Shown here: positions 11,065 to 21,119 of the stretch, one piece after another | How the letters are laid out: every line of letters begins with the position of its first letter | Position numbering within the stretch: the stretch's first letter is position 1 | NCBI GenBank assembly: GCA_947629355.1 | Contig: CANRDJ010000003.1 | Location: 1-54,480, forward strand | Origin: an uncultured Clostridia bacterium | GTDB taxonomy: Bacteria; Bacillota; Clostridia; TANB77; CAG-508 | Length of the DNA: 54,480 nucleotides | Direction: 5' to 3' | Notes under the pieces: model-generated | The model's input: only the letters and a program-made list of their open reading frames with translations | Told to the model about the DNA's origin: nothing | The model's database searches: none | Program-made: the position numbers and the translations under genes

Positions 11065-11946
11065 TTAAGCTCTTGGATGAGCTTTTCTATATACATTTTT
11101 TAAACTTTCATCTTGGAATTGCATATACACTTGTGTTGATGATATATCTGAATGTCCAAGCATTGTTTGAATAGCTTTTAATTCTGCACCATTCTGCAAC
11201 AAATGTGTTGCAAAAGAATGTCTTAAAACATGTGGCGTAATTTCTTTTGTAATATGGGCCTGTTCTTTATAATATTTTACTATTTTCCAAAATCCTTGCC
11301 TTGTTAGTCTTCTGCCATTTATATTTACAAATAATGCCTTTTCATTTTCTGATTTAATTAATATTGGTCTTGAGTTTTCTATGTATTCTTTTAATGCTTT
11401 TAAAGATAATTTACCTAATGGTATATTCCTTTGTTTATTACCATTTTTGCATGTAGCAAATCCTTCTTCCAAATTAATGTCTTCTAAATTTAAAGATATT
11501 ATTTCAGTTACTCTCATTCCTGTTGCATATGCAAATTCAAGCATAGCCTTATCTCGTATACCTTTTAAATCTATATTTTTGGGTTGTTCCAATAACAATG
11601 ATACTTCTTGAGATGTTAATATATTAGGTATTCTTTTTTCTACTTTTGGTGAATGTATTCCATCTGTAGGATCAGATTTCACATTGTTATTTTTTAATAA
11701 AAATTGATAAAATAGTCTAATAGAAGCTAAATTTCTTGATATAGTAGAAGATTTTTTATTCATATCATGTAAATATTGCAAATATGCATTTATATCATTT
11801 GTTTTTACTTTAGTATAATTTATTTTGTTTGCTTCAATATACTTTTTATATTGAATAATATCTCTTCTATAAGATTGTAAAGTATTATCTGATAATTTCT
11901 TATCATTTTTAATAAATTCTAAAAAATTTGTTATTTGTTTTTCCAT
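11065..11946 (-). CDS. xerD: Tyrosine recombinase XerD
   Basis: YATGMRVTE, LTRQGFWK, TPHVLRHSFATHLLQNGA, LGH; next to spoIIM as in other Clostridia. Confidence 0.9.
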   Translation of the reverse strand: MEKQITNFLEFIKNDKKLSDNTLQSYRRDIIQYKKYIEANKINYTKVKTNDINAYLQYLHDMNKKSSTISRNLASIRLFYQFLLKNNNVKSDPTDGIHSPKVEKRIPNILTSQEVSLLLEQPKNIDLKGIRDKAMLEFAYATGMRVTEIISLNLEDINLEEGFATCKNGNKQRNIPLGKLSLKALKEYIENSRPILIKSENEKALFVNINGRRLTRQGFWKIVKYYKEQAHITKEITPHVLRHSFATHLLQNGAELKAIQTMLGHSDISSTQVYMQFQDESLKNVYRKAHPRA

Positions 11947-12084
11947 GGCTTAGCTCCTTTTCTGTAAATTATATCCATAATTTTTTTATTTTATGAATAT
12001 TTATTATGTATATATTTATATCAGATTAAATCAAAAATGTAAATAGATTTTTTTAATAAATTATATTTTTTTATATCTTTGATC

Positions 12085-12739
12085 TTATATATATTTTATT
12101 AATGACAATATAATATTTTTAGATACATATACTTCTATTAATGATGATATTATTAATAGAAATGTCATAAATAATGAAAGCAGTGTGTGTCTTAATATTT
12201 CCAATTTTATATTTTCTCTTCTTTTATCTTTCATTATTGAATTGTGAAGTTTCATTCCACTAACACTAAGAACTAATATACATGGTATAAATAAAATATT
12301 TTGTAACAAAAGTGTAGATAATAGGAATAGTATTCCTTTTCCGTATCCCAAGACTTAATATTATTGAAGAAATTGTATAGCCTAAGCAGAATCCTCTTAA
12401 GCAAATTGTTAAATAAACAATAGATATACCTATAAAAGTGGATCCCATAAACCATAAAAATATAGCTAATACAACATTTTTTTTAATTGATTCTTTTAAT
12501 AAAAGAAAAGTATTTATATCTTTATTATCTTTAAGCTCTTCTGTAAAAGAAGTTATATAGTTACTAATTTCTGACGCTTGATTTTCTGAAGCATTATTTA
12601 TAAATATAACTCCAATAATAATACCAATAAAAAATATAATGCTAACTATTAAATACTCTTTTATATTATTTTCTATATGCGTAAATATAATTTCCTTAAA
12701 TCTAGATTTTTTTCTTTCTTTTATGTATCTTCTGTTCAT
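12085..12739 (-). CDS. spoIIM: Stage II sporulation protein M, reconstructed across one CGG +1 shift (217 aa)
   Basis: Multi-TM protein with RGFCLGYT...SLGI-G-KGILF...QNILFIP; upstream of xerD; ATG at 12739 follows GGAGG. Confidence 0.8.
12340..12343 (-). other. CGG(A) +1 recoding site 5 (spoIIM)
   Basis: ATA-C-GGA-AAA-GGA. Confidence 0.75.
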
Positions 12740-12817
12740 TACATACCTCCGAAACATTTATACATAATGTGTATTCATTTAACAGAAAAAAAGAACAAAA
12801 ATAGTAGAGTAAAAATT

Positions 12818-12860
12818 TGAACTGAACCCAAAAAGTGTCTAACTTTTTGGGTTCAGTTCA
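12818..12860. mobile_element. 43-bp palindrome resembling joined IS3-family termini, inside a terminator hairpin
   Basis: TGAACTGAACCCAAAAAG-TGTCTAA-CTTTTTGGGTTCAGTTCA with TG...CA ends, flanked by AAATT on both sides within an AGTAGAGT/ACTCTACT stem. Confidence 0.5.
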
Positions 12861-12894
12861 AAATTCACTCTACTTTTGATTTTACTTATCTATT

Positions 12895-13020
12895 TAGGAT
12901 CAAGTCATTCAATTCCGTTTTCCCAACAGTCTTTTTCTCTGACCATTTACCATTGTATTTACAGTCATCGAGATTATAAATAGGTGGAATTGGTTAATTT
13001 TATTGTCTCCTTAATCCTAT
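12895..13020 (-). ncRNA. Rod-shaped structured RNA, possibly 6S-like
   Basis: Nested pairings UAGGAUUAAG/CUUGAUCCUA, CAAUUCC/GGAAUUG and UCUC..UGACU/GGUCA.GAGA; upstream TTGCTA...TATAAT; downstream terminator. Confidence 0.45.
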
Positions 13021-13097
13021 TAATGAAGATTATATAATATTACATAGCAATTTACATAATTTATAAATTTGCTAAATAGTATATATTAAAATATTAC

Positions 13098-14312
13098 CTA
13101 TTTAATTTTGTGCTTATATATAATTATAACAATTGCAATAACACATAATCCAACAAAACTTATTATAATAGCACTTTTCCCATTATTTTTTTCTTTTATA
13201 GTATTCTCATCTTTATTTTGATTTTCCTTTAAAATAGCAGATAATTTCATAGCTTGAATTTCTCTTTCTTCTTGATTTGATATTTCTTCTTCTTTATCTC
13301 TTCTATGAACTATTATTTCATATTTTTTATGTGTTGTACCATTTTCAGCTAAAACATTAATCTCAATTTTATTATTTCCAACCTGCATTTCTTCATTTCC
13401 TACTATATTAACTTTTGCATTTTCTCTTTGTGGAATAGCTAAAATATCAATTTTATTTATATCATTTGAAATTTCTACTTTATATTGCGTAATGTTGCTA
13501 TCAAATTGTGGATTTAATGTTGCCTGTCTTACTGCCAATGTTTCTAAATTAGTATTTGCTGTTTCTAAATTTGTTGTTTTTGTTACATATATTTTATAAG
13601 TAGAAGTTCTAGTTTTATCTTCAGATTCTATTTTTATTTCAATAGTATTTTCTCCCATCTTTAAATTATCGTTTCCTGTAATTGTTAAATTTGATCTTGA
13701 GTTTTCTGGAATTGCTGTAATTTCTAAATTTTTAATATTATTTTTTGTTATAAAATAATATTCTTTTGTATCTTTATTAAATTCTGGAGTAATTCCTTCA
13801 TGATTTAATCTCAATATGCCCAAATCGGTATTGTCTGAAGAAACATTTTCATTTTGTTTATTTTCTACTTCTTTTTCATCAGTTTTCTTCCCTACTTTTA
13901 TTTCTAAATTATCAGTATCTATTTCTATTTTATCTCCAGCTGAGTTATATAATTCTCCCGTAATAGCAATACTAGTTATACCTTTTTCTAATGCTTTAAA
14001 TTTAAAGGTTTCTATATTTAGTTCATCAATATTTTCAGCATTTTGACTAACCCATGTGTATAAAATTCTGTTATTTAATTTATTTGAGTTTTCTGGACCA
14101 CTTAAATATTCCAACTTGGAATTATCCCAATAAAGTTCTACAGTAAGGGCTGCTACTTTAATATTTTTTATATTTATACTTACATTCACTTCTTCATTTT
14201 GTTCAATTATTGATTTATCACATATTATTTGCATTTCTCCTTTAGCAAAACTTATATTGAAAATTATTAATATTAAAGCCATTAATATTGAACATATTCC
14301 TATTTTTTTCAT
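13098..14312 (-). CDS. Surface protein: cohesin-like domain, two cadherin-like beta-sandwich domains and C-terminal TM
   Basis: Signal peptide; 'LYWDNSKLEYLS...FKFKA' cohesin-like segment; two 'L.P.F....Y...G.N.I.I.V.AE....Y.I.V' repeats. Confidence 0.7.
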   Translation of the reverse strand: MKKIGICSILMALILIIFNISFAKGEMQIICDKSIIEQNEEVNVSINIKNIKVAALTVELYWDNSKLEYLSGPENSNKLNNRILYTWVSQNAENIDELNIETFKFKALEKGITSIAITGELYNSAGDKIEIDTDNLEIKVGKKTDEKEVENKQNENVSSDNTDLGILRLNHEGITPEFNKDTKEYYFITKNNIKNLEITAIPENSRSNLTITGNDNLKMGENTIEIKIESEDKTRTSTYKIYVTKTTNLETANTNLETLAVRQATLNPQFDSNITQYKVEISNDINKIDILAIPQRENAKVNIVGNEEMQVGNNKIEINVLAENGTTHKKYEIIVHRRDKEEEISNQEEREIQAMKLSAILKENQNKDENTIKEKNNGKSAIIISFVGLCVIAIVIIIYKHKIK

Positions 14313-14334
14313 AATATAATACTCCTATATATTC

Positions 14335-16581
14335 TTATTGCTTTATTAATTGTATATCTAATATATGTCTTTGAATTATTAATAAATCTAAAGAAGATGG
14401 ATTTTTTCCATTTCTATTAATATTTCCTGCCTTTAAAGCTGTGCCATTTAAATTTTCTATTTCTAATATATGTCTTTGCAAAACTAATAGGTCTATACTA
14501 TTAATTTTCCCATCTCCATTTATATCACCATATATAATTATTTCATACTCCATTTTTATTATTCCATTTTCATCAATAATTCTAATTTTTGATCCTGTTC
14601 CTGCAAATTTGTCATCTGATAATAATTCACCTTTATTATTATATATTTCAATTTTATATTTTGTATTAATCATTTCTTTTATTCTACCTACACTAATATT
14701 TTCAATGTTCCATCCCGTTATTTCATTTTGTTGCAGATTTAAGCTTTTATCAAATATAATCTCATCTTCCTCAAGTCTAACAACAACAGTAAGGTCTATT
14801 TGTTTTATAACATTTGTATTTTCAGGTTGTACTGTTATTTTAGTAGTTCCTTCATTTATCGCAGTTATCACACCAATATTATTAACTTTTGCAATATTTT
14901 CATCATCCGATTTGAATATTAGATTCTTATTACTTGCATCATCTGGAAGTACTATTGCTTTTATCTCAAATTTATCGCCTTTTTGTAAGACTAATTTTTC
15001 TTTATTAATTACTACATCTGATGTAGGTGTATAAACCTGTATTTTTATTTCAGAAAAAACATTATTTTCTTTTGCTTTTACTCTAATTCTTGCTTCACCT
15101 GATTTTATTCCTAGTATGTTTCCTGCACTATCAACAGTTGCTATATTAGTATCACTAGAAATAAATTCTATTGGATTATCTTTTGCTTGTTCTGGTAAAA
15201 TTTCTACATTTATTTTTTTGCTTTCACCTTTATTTATTACAGTATTATCCATTGAAAGTTTAATCTGTTGTATTTTTATATTTGGAAGTTGTACTAAATA
15301 TTCGTGAAAAACATACCCAATCATTCCATTAGATAGTTTTACTTTATCCCACAAATCACCAGATTGTTTTCCTTTTGCAATCCTTGTCATTATCTCAGAC
15401 CTATCAACAGATGTTAAAGTTTCATAAGATGTAGATGGACCTGTTCTTATGTTTAATTTAGTACTTACATCTGCATATACTCTTGAATTATCTGAAATAA
15501 AATCAGTTTCTAGTATATTAGGATTTTCTACAAAATTATCTGGCATATTGTTATATACGGGAATTATGAAAGATACCTCATCATTTAACATTCCTGTTTT
15601 TACATAGCCATTATAAATTAATTTAGATTCACTATATGGGGCAAGTACATTAGTCATATATTGATGCCAAAATAGACCATTACCACTATTCGTTACATGA
15701 AATTTTTGCAAATAGATACTATCTTGTCCTAAATGAATGTAACTAGATCCAATAAAAATTCCCCCACCAGTTATTGACCTTTCTTTTGTATTCCATGGAA
15801 TTAAATATTTATCTTTTGTTGCTTGATTTGCACCTTTGCCATCCTTCGCATATTGAAGTCCATTTTTTATTGCTCCCATGGGTTCTGCTGAGCTAGTAGC
15901 TCCTATATTGTAAAAATTATACAAACCTTTATATCCTTCAACAGTACCGCTAATAGAACTATGTGATATAAATGGACCTACTTCTTGTTTTATTCTAGAT
16001 GCTAAATGATAGCTACTTACTTTAGATGATTTTCCTGCTGATAAAATAAGATCCGAATATTTTTTTGTCATTATAATTTTATTTCCATTGCTATCTAAAT
16101 AATCAACAATTCTGTTATAAAATTCTGTTCCATATAATATCTTTTCTATTCCTTGTATATTATTTGTTTTTTCATCATATGATAATCCTTCAAATTGAAA
16201 TATCCTAACTTCATTTAAAAAGTTCCTAGGATCCATTGAGTATTCGACTGCCATTCTTGATGAATCTACCCATCCAATATCTACTTCTACATTGTATTTG
16301 CCTGATGCTGTATTTTTCCATCTATCAGAATATGATTTAGGGACTAAATTTTTTCCAAATTGATTTTCATTATCAATTACATATTTCCAATCTAAATTTG
16401 TATATAATGCAGTAAATTTCCAATTAGGATGTTTTTTTTGCAGTTCTATTAAATATGGTTTATAAGTATTTGGAAAATTTTCAATTCCTTCTCTTTTTTC
16501 AACAGAATAGCTAATATTATTTTTAAATAATATTAGTATAAAAAAACATATAATGCTAAAAATTATTTTTAAATACCTCAT
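14335..16581 (-). CDS. Secreted glucosaminidase-like cell-wall hydrolase with SH3, two Big_2 Ig domains and C-terminal dockerin
   Basis: YNFYNIGA, LYLQKF-like and HQYMTNV motifs; LNIRTGPSTSY (SH3b); GDINGDGKINSIDLLVLQRHIL plus a second dockerin repeat. Confidence 0.8.
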   Translation of the reverse strand: MRYLKIIFSIICFFILILFKNNISYSVEKREGIENFPNTYKPYLIELQKKHPNWKFTALYTNLDWKYVIDNENQFGKNLVPKSYSDRWKNTASGKYNVEVDIGWVDSSRMAVEYSMDPRNFLNEVRIFQFEGLSYDEKTNNIQGIEKILYGTEFYNRIVDYLDSNGNKIIMTKKYSDLILSAGKSSKVSSYHLASRIKQEVGPFISHSSISGTVEGYKGLYNFYNIGATSSAEPMGAIKNGLQYAKDGKGANQATKDKYLIPWNTKERSITGGGIFIGSSYIHLGQDSIYLQKFHVTNSGNGLFWHQYMTNVLAPYSESKLIYNGYVKTGMLNDEVSFIIPVYNNMPDNFVENPNILETDFISDNSRVYADVSTKLNIRTGPSTSYETLTSVDRSEIMTRIAKGKQSGDLWDKVKLSNGMIGYVFHEYLVQLPNIKIQQIKLSMDNTVINKGESKKINVEILPEQAKDNPIEFISSDTNIATVDSAGNILGIKSGEARIRVKAKENNVFSEIKIQVYTPTSDVVINKEKLVLQKGDKFEIKAIVLPDDASNKNLIFKSDDENIAKVNNIGVITAINEGTTKITVQPENTNVIKQIDLTVVVRLEEDEIIFDKSLNLQQNEITGWNIENISVGRIKEMINTKYKIEIYNNKGELLSDDKFAGTGSKIRIIDENGIIKMEYEIIIYGDINGDGKINSIDLLVLQRHILEIENLNGTALKAGNINRNGKNPSSLDLLIIQRHILDIQLIKQ

Positions 16582-16584
16582 ATT

Positions 16585-17220
16585 TTAAGTATTTCCTTTC
16601 TCAATTGCTTTAATAATAAGTCTAGTATCTGAGTAATTAACACAAGTAATTAAAGTAACTATTCTTTTTCCATTTGTATTCTGTTCTAATGAAGATATAT
16701 TATCAGGTTTTACTTTATATATGTCATATATAGTATAAGTGTATTTTCCATTTTTATTATCTAATAAATATAATTCATCTCCTAGATTTAAATTTATTAA
16801 ATTATAAAACATATTTTCTTTTTTATAGTTATGACCCGTAATGCAAAAATTTCCAATTTCATTAGCATCAGGACCCCAAAATTTTGTAGGAGATAAATCC
16901 ATGGCTTGTTTACTATATTCTTTAAGTACATAAGTTTCTAAATTTATTTTTGATATTATAAGTTTTGCAGCAACTTTAAAACCTAAATAGCTTTCAGCAA
17001 TACTTACTTTTTCTACTGAATTCGTTTCTGATTTACTTGCTGTTCTTTCAATTTGTATTTTGTTTTTTTCTCTTTCTTTTAATCTAATTTTATTTTCTTT
17101 GTAAACACCTATTAATACATAAATAATTATAAAAAAAATTATTAATATAATAATATATTTTATAAAACTCTTAATTTTATTTTTTACTCCTCTTTTACGT
17201 TTCACATCTTTATCTCCCAT
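16585..17220 (-). CDS. Sortase
   Basis: N-terminal TM; GNFCITGHN, TLITC and downstream R catalytic residues. Confidence 0.88.
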   Translation of the reverse strand: MGDKDVKRKRGVKNKIKSFIKYIIILIIFFIIIYVLIGVYKENKIRLKEREKNKIQIERTASKSETNSVEKVSIAESYLGFKVAAKLIISKINLETYVLKEYSKQAMDLSPTKFWGPDANEIGNFCITGHNYKKENMFYNLINLNLGDELYLLDNKNGKYTYTIYDIYKVKPDNISSLEQNTNGKRIVTLITCVNYSDTRLIIKAIEKGNT

Positions 17221-17291
17221 ATATAATTTTTATTATTATGTAATAAAGATTTCTTTTAGAAATATCTCTAAAAGAAATCATATACTTTTAA

Positions 17292-18305
17292 TTAATCCTT
17301 TTTATTTAAATAGAAATATGATGCTACAATAATTACTAATATAAGCGGTAAAACAATGAAATATATTGTACTACCTGTTTTAGGCAATGAACTTGGTTTT
17401 TGTTTGTTTTGTACTACTTGATTATTATTTTGTGTAGTAGTACCTGTTAAAGTTTGTGTATTTTCATCTTTTACTGTAATTTTAAAATTCTTGCTTGCAA
17501 TAGTTTCATCAGATTTATCTCTGTTAACCAATTTTAGTGTTATAGAATAATCACCTGTACCACTAAATAATCCTTTAACATTTAATTCCTTTATAACATT
17601 TTTTCCACCTATTGAATCTCCTGAAGCATCTCCCCAACCACTTTGAATAATATCATGTTCAACCTGGTTAGAATCTATACCAGTAATTTTTACAGTTTCA
17701 CCTTTTGGAGTTGTAGCTTCTGCAAGAATTCTTGTGTGTTCATAGCTTCTTCCCATAGTCGATGAAACAACTATTTTCATGTCTTTTTCTTTATTTTTTA
17801 TAATATCTCCAACGTATTTTAATGCAATATCATAGTCTTCATATGAAGGTTCAACCATAACTGTTTTTGTATATGGTGAACTAATATCATCGTAACTTGG
17901 TGAAGCACTTGGCCCTGCTAAACCAGTTGCTGTTATTTTAAAATCTGTAGGATTTGATGTTATAATATCTTCTTTTGCTTTAAATGTAACAGACACATTT
18001 CTTCTTGGATTTGATCCACCTGTTGAATCATAAAACACTACTTTTACTCTTTTTTTATTGTCATTTGCTTCTCCACCTTCTGCTGAAACATAGTCTAATA
18101 CTTTTGAATCATAGTTTATATTTGTTGTATATGCTCCCAAATCTGTTCCAAAATCCACACTTACTTTTACTGTTTCGCCTGGATGAATAGTTTGTTTATC
18201 TACATCAGTAGTTACATTATCTAATGTATCGGCATATACATTAACTGAAAATGTTATCAAGAATAGCAAAACAAAAATTGTAATAATACTTACTGTTTTT
18301 TTCAT
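17292..18305 (-). CDS. LPXTG-anchored protein with N-terminal cohesin-like domain
   Basis: Signal peptide; 'INYDSKVLDYVS...VTFKAK'; LPKTG followed by TM and basic tail. Confidence 0.8.
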   Translation of the reverse strand: MKKTVSIITIFVLLFLITFSVNVYADTLDNVTTDVDKQTIHPGETVKVSVDFGTDLGAYTTNINYDSKVLDYVSAEGGEANDNKKRVKVVFYDSTGGSNPRRNVSVTFKAKEDIITSNPTDFKITATGLAGPSASPSYDDISSPYTKTVMVEPSYEDYDIALKYVGDIIKNKEKDMKIVVSSTMGRSYEHTRILAEATTPKGETVKITGIDSNQVEHDIIQSGWGDASGDSIGGKNVIKELNVKGLFSGTGDYSITLKLVNRDKSDETIASKNFKITVKDENTQTLTGTTTQNNNQVVQNKQKPSSLPKTGSTIYFIVLPLILVIIVASYFYLNKKD

Positions 18306-18481
18306 AAAAATTTTCCCTCCTTTTTTTATTTTATAGTAAATATTATGGCAATTTTTCTTGTTTTTAGTTTAGTAATTTTTTTAACTTTAGGAAAAATTTG
18401 TAACAAAAAAAATTTATTACTTAAAACTTTTAAAAAATTATATATAACAATGTAAATTATAAAAAAAAACTAGTGATGAAA

Positions 18482-19285
18482 TTATATTTTAATTTCATCA
18501 CTAGTTTTTTCTTTTGATATTCTTTTATATTTTATATATTCCATATTACTATTTTTACTTCTTTCTACCATACAATTATATATTATATCTCTTAAGTTTT
18601 GCTGTGCTTCTTTTGGTGTCAGTTTTTTATTATAAAAAAATGGTCCATCTATGTATGATACAATTTTAATTTTGTCATTATTTTTACCATAACTTTGATA
18701 CGTATTAGTTATGCAAAATGTTGGTTTGTTTAATTTTACAGGATATTTAAAGGATACTGCTTTAAATGGTCTTATTTTTGTGTAATATGGCCAAATATGT
18801 GCCTCTGGATATATAGTAATAGAATGCTTTTTATTTATTTTCTTTTCTATTTCATCTAAAAATTTTTTCATTGCTACCTTATTACCTGGAATAGGTATTG
18901 CACCCAGCATTTCTACAATTGTTTTTAATCCTTTCATCGAAATGTTTTCGGGATTTACAATTAAAAAATTCCTTTTTGGATAGTTTGCAAGACTTGGAAT
19001 AAAGGTGTCAGCAAAGGCTTGAGTATGATTTCCATATATAAAATATCCTGTATCTTTACATTTTTTCAGCTTTTCTTTTCCAATATATTTGAGCCTAAAC
19101 TTTATTTTAGCATATAATATTTTAATTGGCATACTTATAATATTTTGAAAAATTAGAGAGCAAAAATCCCATAATGGATTTTTGCTATAATTATAATTTT
19201 CATCAATTACTCTTGGCTTTATTTTTACTTCAGAAAATTCATCTTCTAGTTCATCTTTATAATAAATAATTTTTTTTGTATCCAT
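18482..19285 (-). CDS. PlsC-like acyltransferase
   Basis: GNHTQAFAD (HX4D) and IYPEAH. Confidence 0.85.
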   Translation of the reverse strand: MDTKKIIYYKDELEDEFSEVKIKPRVIDENYNYSKNPLWDFCSLIFQNIISMPIKILYAKIKFRLKYIGKEKLKKCKDTGYFIYGNHTQAFADTFIPSLANYPKRNFLIVNPENISMKGLKTIVEMLGAIPIPGNKVAMKKFLDEIEKKINKKHSITIYPEAHIWPYYTKIRPFKAVSFKYPVKLNKPTFCITNTYQSYGKNNDKIKIVSYIDGPFFYNKKLTPKEAQQNLRDIIYNCMVERSKNSNMEYIKYKRISKEKTSDEIKI

Positions 19286-19310
19286 AAAAACCTCATTTAT
19301 ATGAAAAATT

Positions 19311-21119
19311 CTAAGAAATATTTTTTATGACTTCTTTATCACATGTATATTCAAGTGGAATTTTATAAAAGTCCTCATAAATTGATTTCCAAACTTGATA
19401 ATTTTTTTCTTTCATCATTTCTACATTTTCTCTTTCTGATAAATTTTCATCTGGATAAATTGGCTTATCTATATTTATTATGTATTCTTGCACAGGAAAA
19501 CCATCTTCTCCAATTATATCACTATCTTCCATGGTTATAAATATTGGTATAACTGGTACATCATTTCTTGTAGCAAACTTAAATGCTCCATTTTTTAATG
19601 GCTTTGGTTTTTTATAATTCCACCATAGGCTTTGCTCTGGATAGATTAATATAAAGTCTCCTCTATTTAAAATTATATCTACTGCTTTCATAAATTCAAT
19701 CATTGTTCTTTTGTTTGAACTAAGAGGAAGTGTATCACAATTTCTAAAGAAGAAACCATATAGTCCTGGAAAATTAGTATAATTTCCTTCTCTTATTACT
19801 TTATATAATTTTTTCGTTTTTGATTGACCAGAAGTTCTAAATACTTCTTCTATTGAAAAGCAATCAAATGGGTTAAAGTGATTACATGTAATTATTGCAC
19901 CTGTATCTACACTTTGCATGTTTTCTATTCCTTTTATTTCTTTTATAATTAATTTATTTTCTTTTAGTATTTCATTTAAAAATTTTTCGCCCATTTTATT
20001 TGCAACTTTATTTTTTATTCTGCTACTTCTTTTTTGCTTTAAATAATCTACATTTTCTGGTGTTAATTCTATTGTTGGTGGATCATCTTCTGCATCAATA
20101 TCAAATCTTCCCTCTTTTTCAAGTGTTTTTATTCTTTCAAGTATTTCTAATCTATCTTTTGATTTTCCAAATTCATGATTATGAAATCTTCTAAATCTTC
20201 TATCATCGCCAACACAATCACATTCTTTTTGAGCTAAGTTTATTAGGTTCTTTCCTGTTTCCATATCTCTAAATCTTTCATCTTCTGTATAATTCTTTTT
20301 TATTTTTTGTATCTCATCATAAAATTCAGTTTTTTTTGCACTATCCCAAAAATATTTTTCATAAAGCACATTATCAAAATGCCATGGTTTATTGTTTAAA
20401 TTATAATGTATTAATTTTATATCTTGTTCTTTTTTATTTAATTCTGGTATTGGCATTGTATTCCAAGTGCCATCTAATATTTTTGCTCTACCCTTACACA
20501 ATCTGTTTAGATAATCTTGGTCTTGTGCTACAGAAAATTTTACTGTTTCTAATAAATATAAGAATTTTTTTTGAAAATCAAATTTACGAAGTTCATCTAA
20601 ATTCATTACTACAACACCAGCATTAAAATAGTTATTATAATCTGCTACACCAACTACTTTTTCTACATATTCTTGAAATACTGGTACTGTTTGTACTGCT
20701 CCATCTGGAATGCCGGCAACTAAATTATTACCTAAATCTATATTATATAAATCTGCTATATCCGATAATATTACAATATCACTATCTAAATACAAAGCTT
20801 TATTATATTGTGGATATAAATCTGGTATAAATAATCTAAAATATGTTGATTTCGTATAGTAATCGCGTGTGTATAATTTATCTTTTACTTTTTGAATGTA
20901 ATAATCTAAATCTACCAATTCTATGTTCACATTTTCACATTCAAATTTTTTGATTTTTTCTTGATTTTCATCAGTAATATTTGTAAACAATATCTTTATT
21001 AAATAATAATTATCCTTAGATGATTTTTCTATTAAAGATTTAAGTGCTACGCCCAAAAAAGGGACATATCCATTATCTACTGCAAAAAATATTGGTATTT
21101 TATTAAACTGTTTCTTCAT
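19311..21119 (-). CDS. GT8 glycosyltransferase fused to a PlsC-like acyltransferase
   Basis: YLDSD, YFNAGV, QDQDYLN and KPW in the N-half; NHFNPFD and YPEQ in the C-half. Confidence 0.88.
   Translation of the reverse strand: MKKQFNKIPIFFAVDNGYVPFLGVALKSLIEKSSKDNYYLIKILFTNITDENQEKIKKFECENVNIELVDLDYYIQKVKDKLYTRDYYTKSTYFRLFIPDLYPQYNKALYLDSDIVILSDIADLYNIDLGNNLVAGIPDGAVQTVPVFQEYVEKVVGVADYNNYFNAGVVVMNLDELRKFDFQKKFLYLLETVKFSVAQDQDYLNRLCKGRAKILDGTWNTMPIPELNKKEQDIKLIHYNLNNKPWHFDNVLYEKYFWDSAKKTEFYDEIQKIKKNYTEDERFRDMETGKNLINLAQKECDCVGDDRRFRRFHNHEFGKSKDRLEILERIKTLEKEGRFDIDAEDDPPTIELTPENVDYLKQKRSSRIKNKVANKMGEKFLNEILKENKLIIKEIKGIENMQSVDTGAIITCNHFNPFDCFSIEEVFRTSGQSKTKKLYKVIREGNYTNFPGLYGFFFRNCDTLPLSSNKRTMIEFMKAVDIILNRGDFILIYPEQSLWWNYKKPKPLKNGAFKFATRNDVPVIPIFITMEDSDIIGEDGFPVQEYIINIDKPIYPDENLSERENVEMMKEKNYQVWKSIYEDFYKIPLEYTCDKEVIKNIS

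Noticed and set aside
4622-11946. Integrative element bounded by two tyrosine recombinases
   Set aside because: Both look like chromosomal Xer-type genes, the interval holds guaA and guaB, and I saw no att repeats or mobility genes.
12749-12751. In-frame CGG near the start of the 12266-12757 ORF
   Set aside because: It lies upstream of the likely true start (12739) and overlaps the GGAGG RBS, so it is not counted as a coding CGG.
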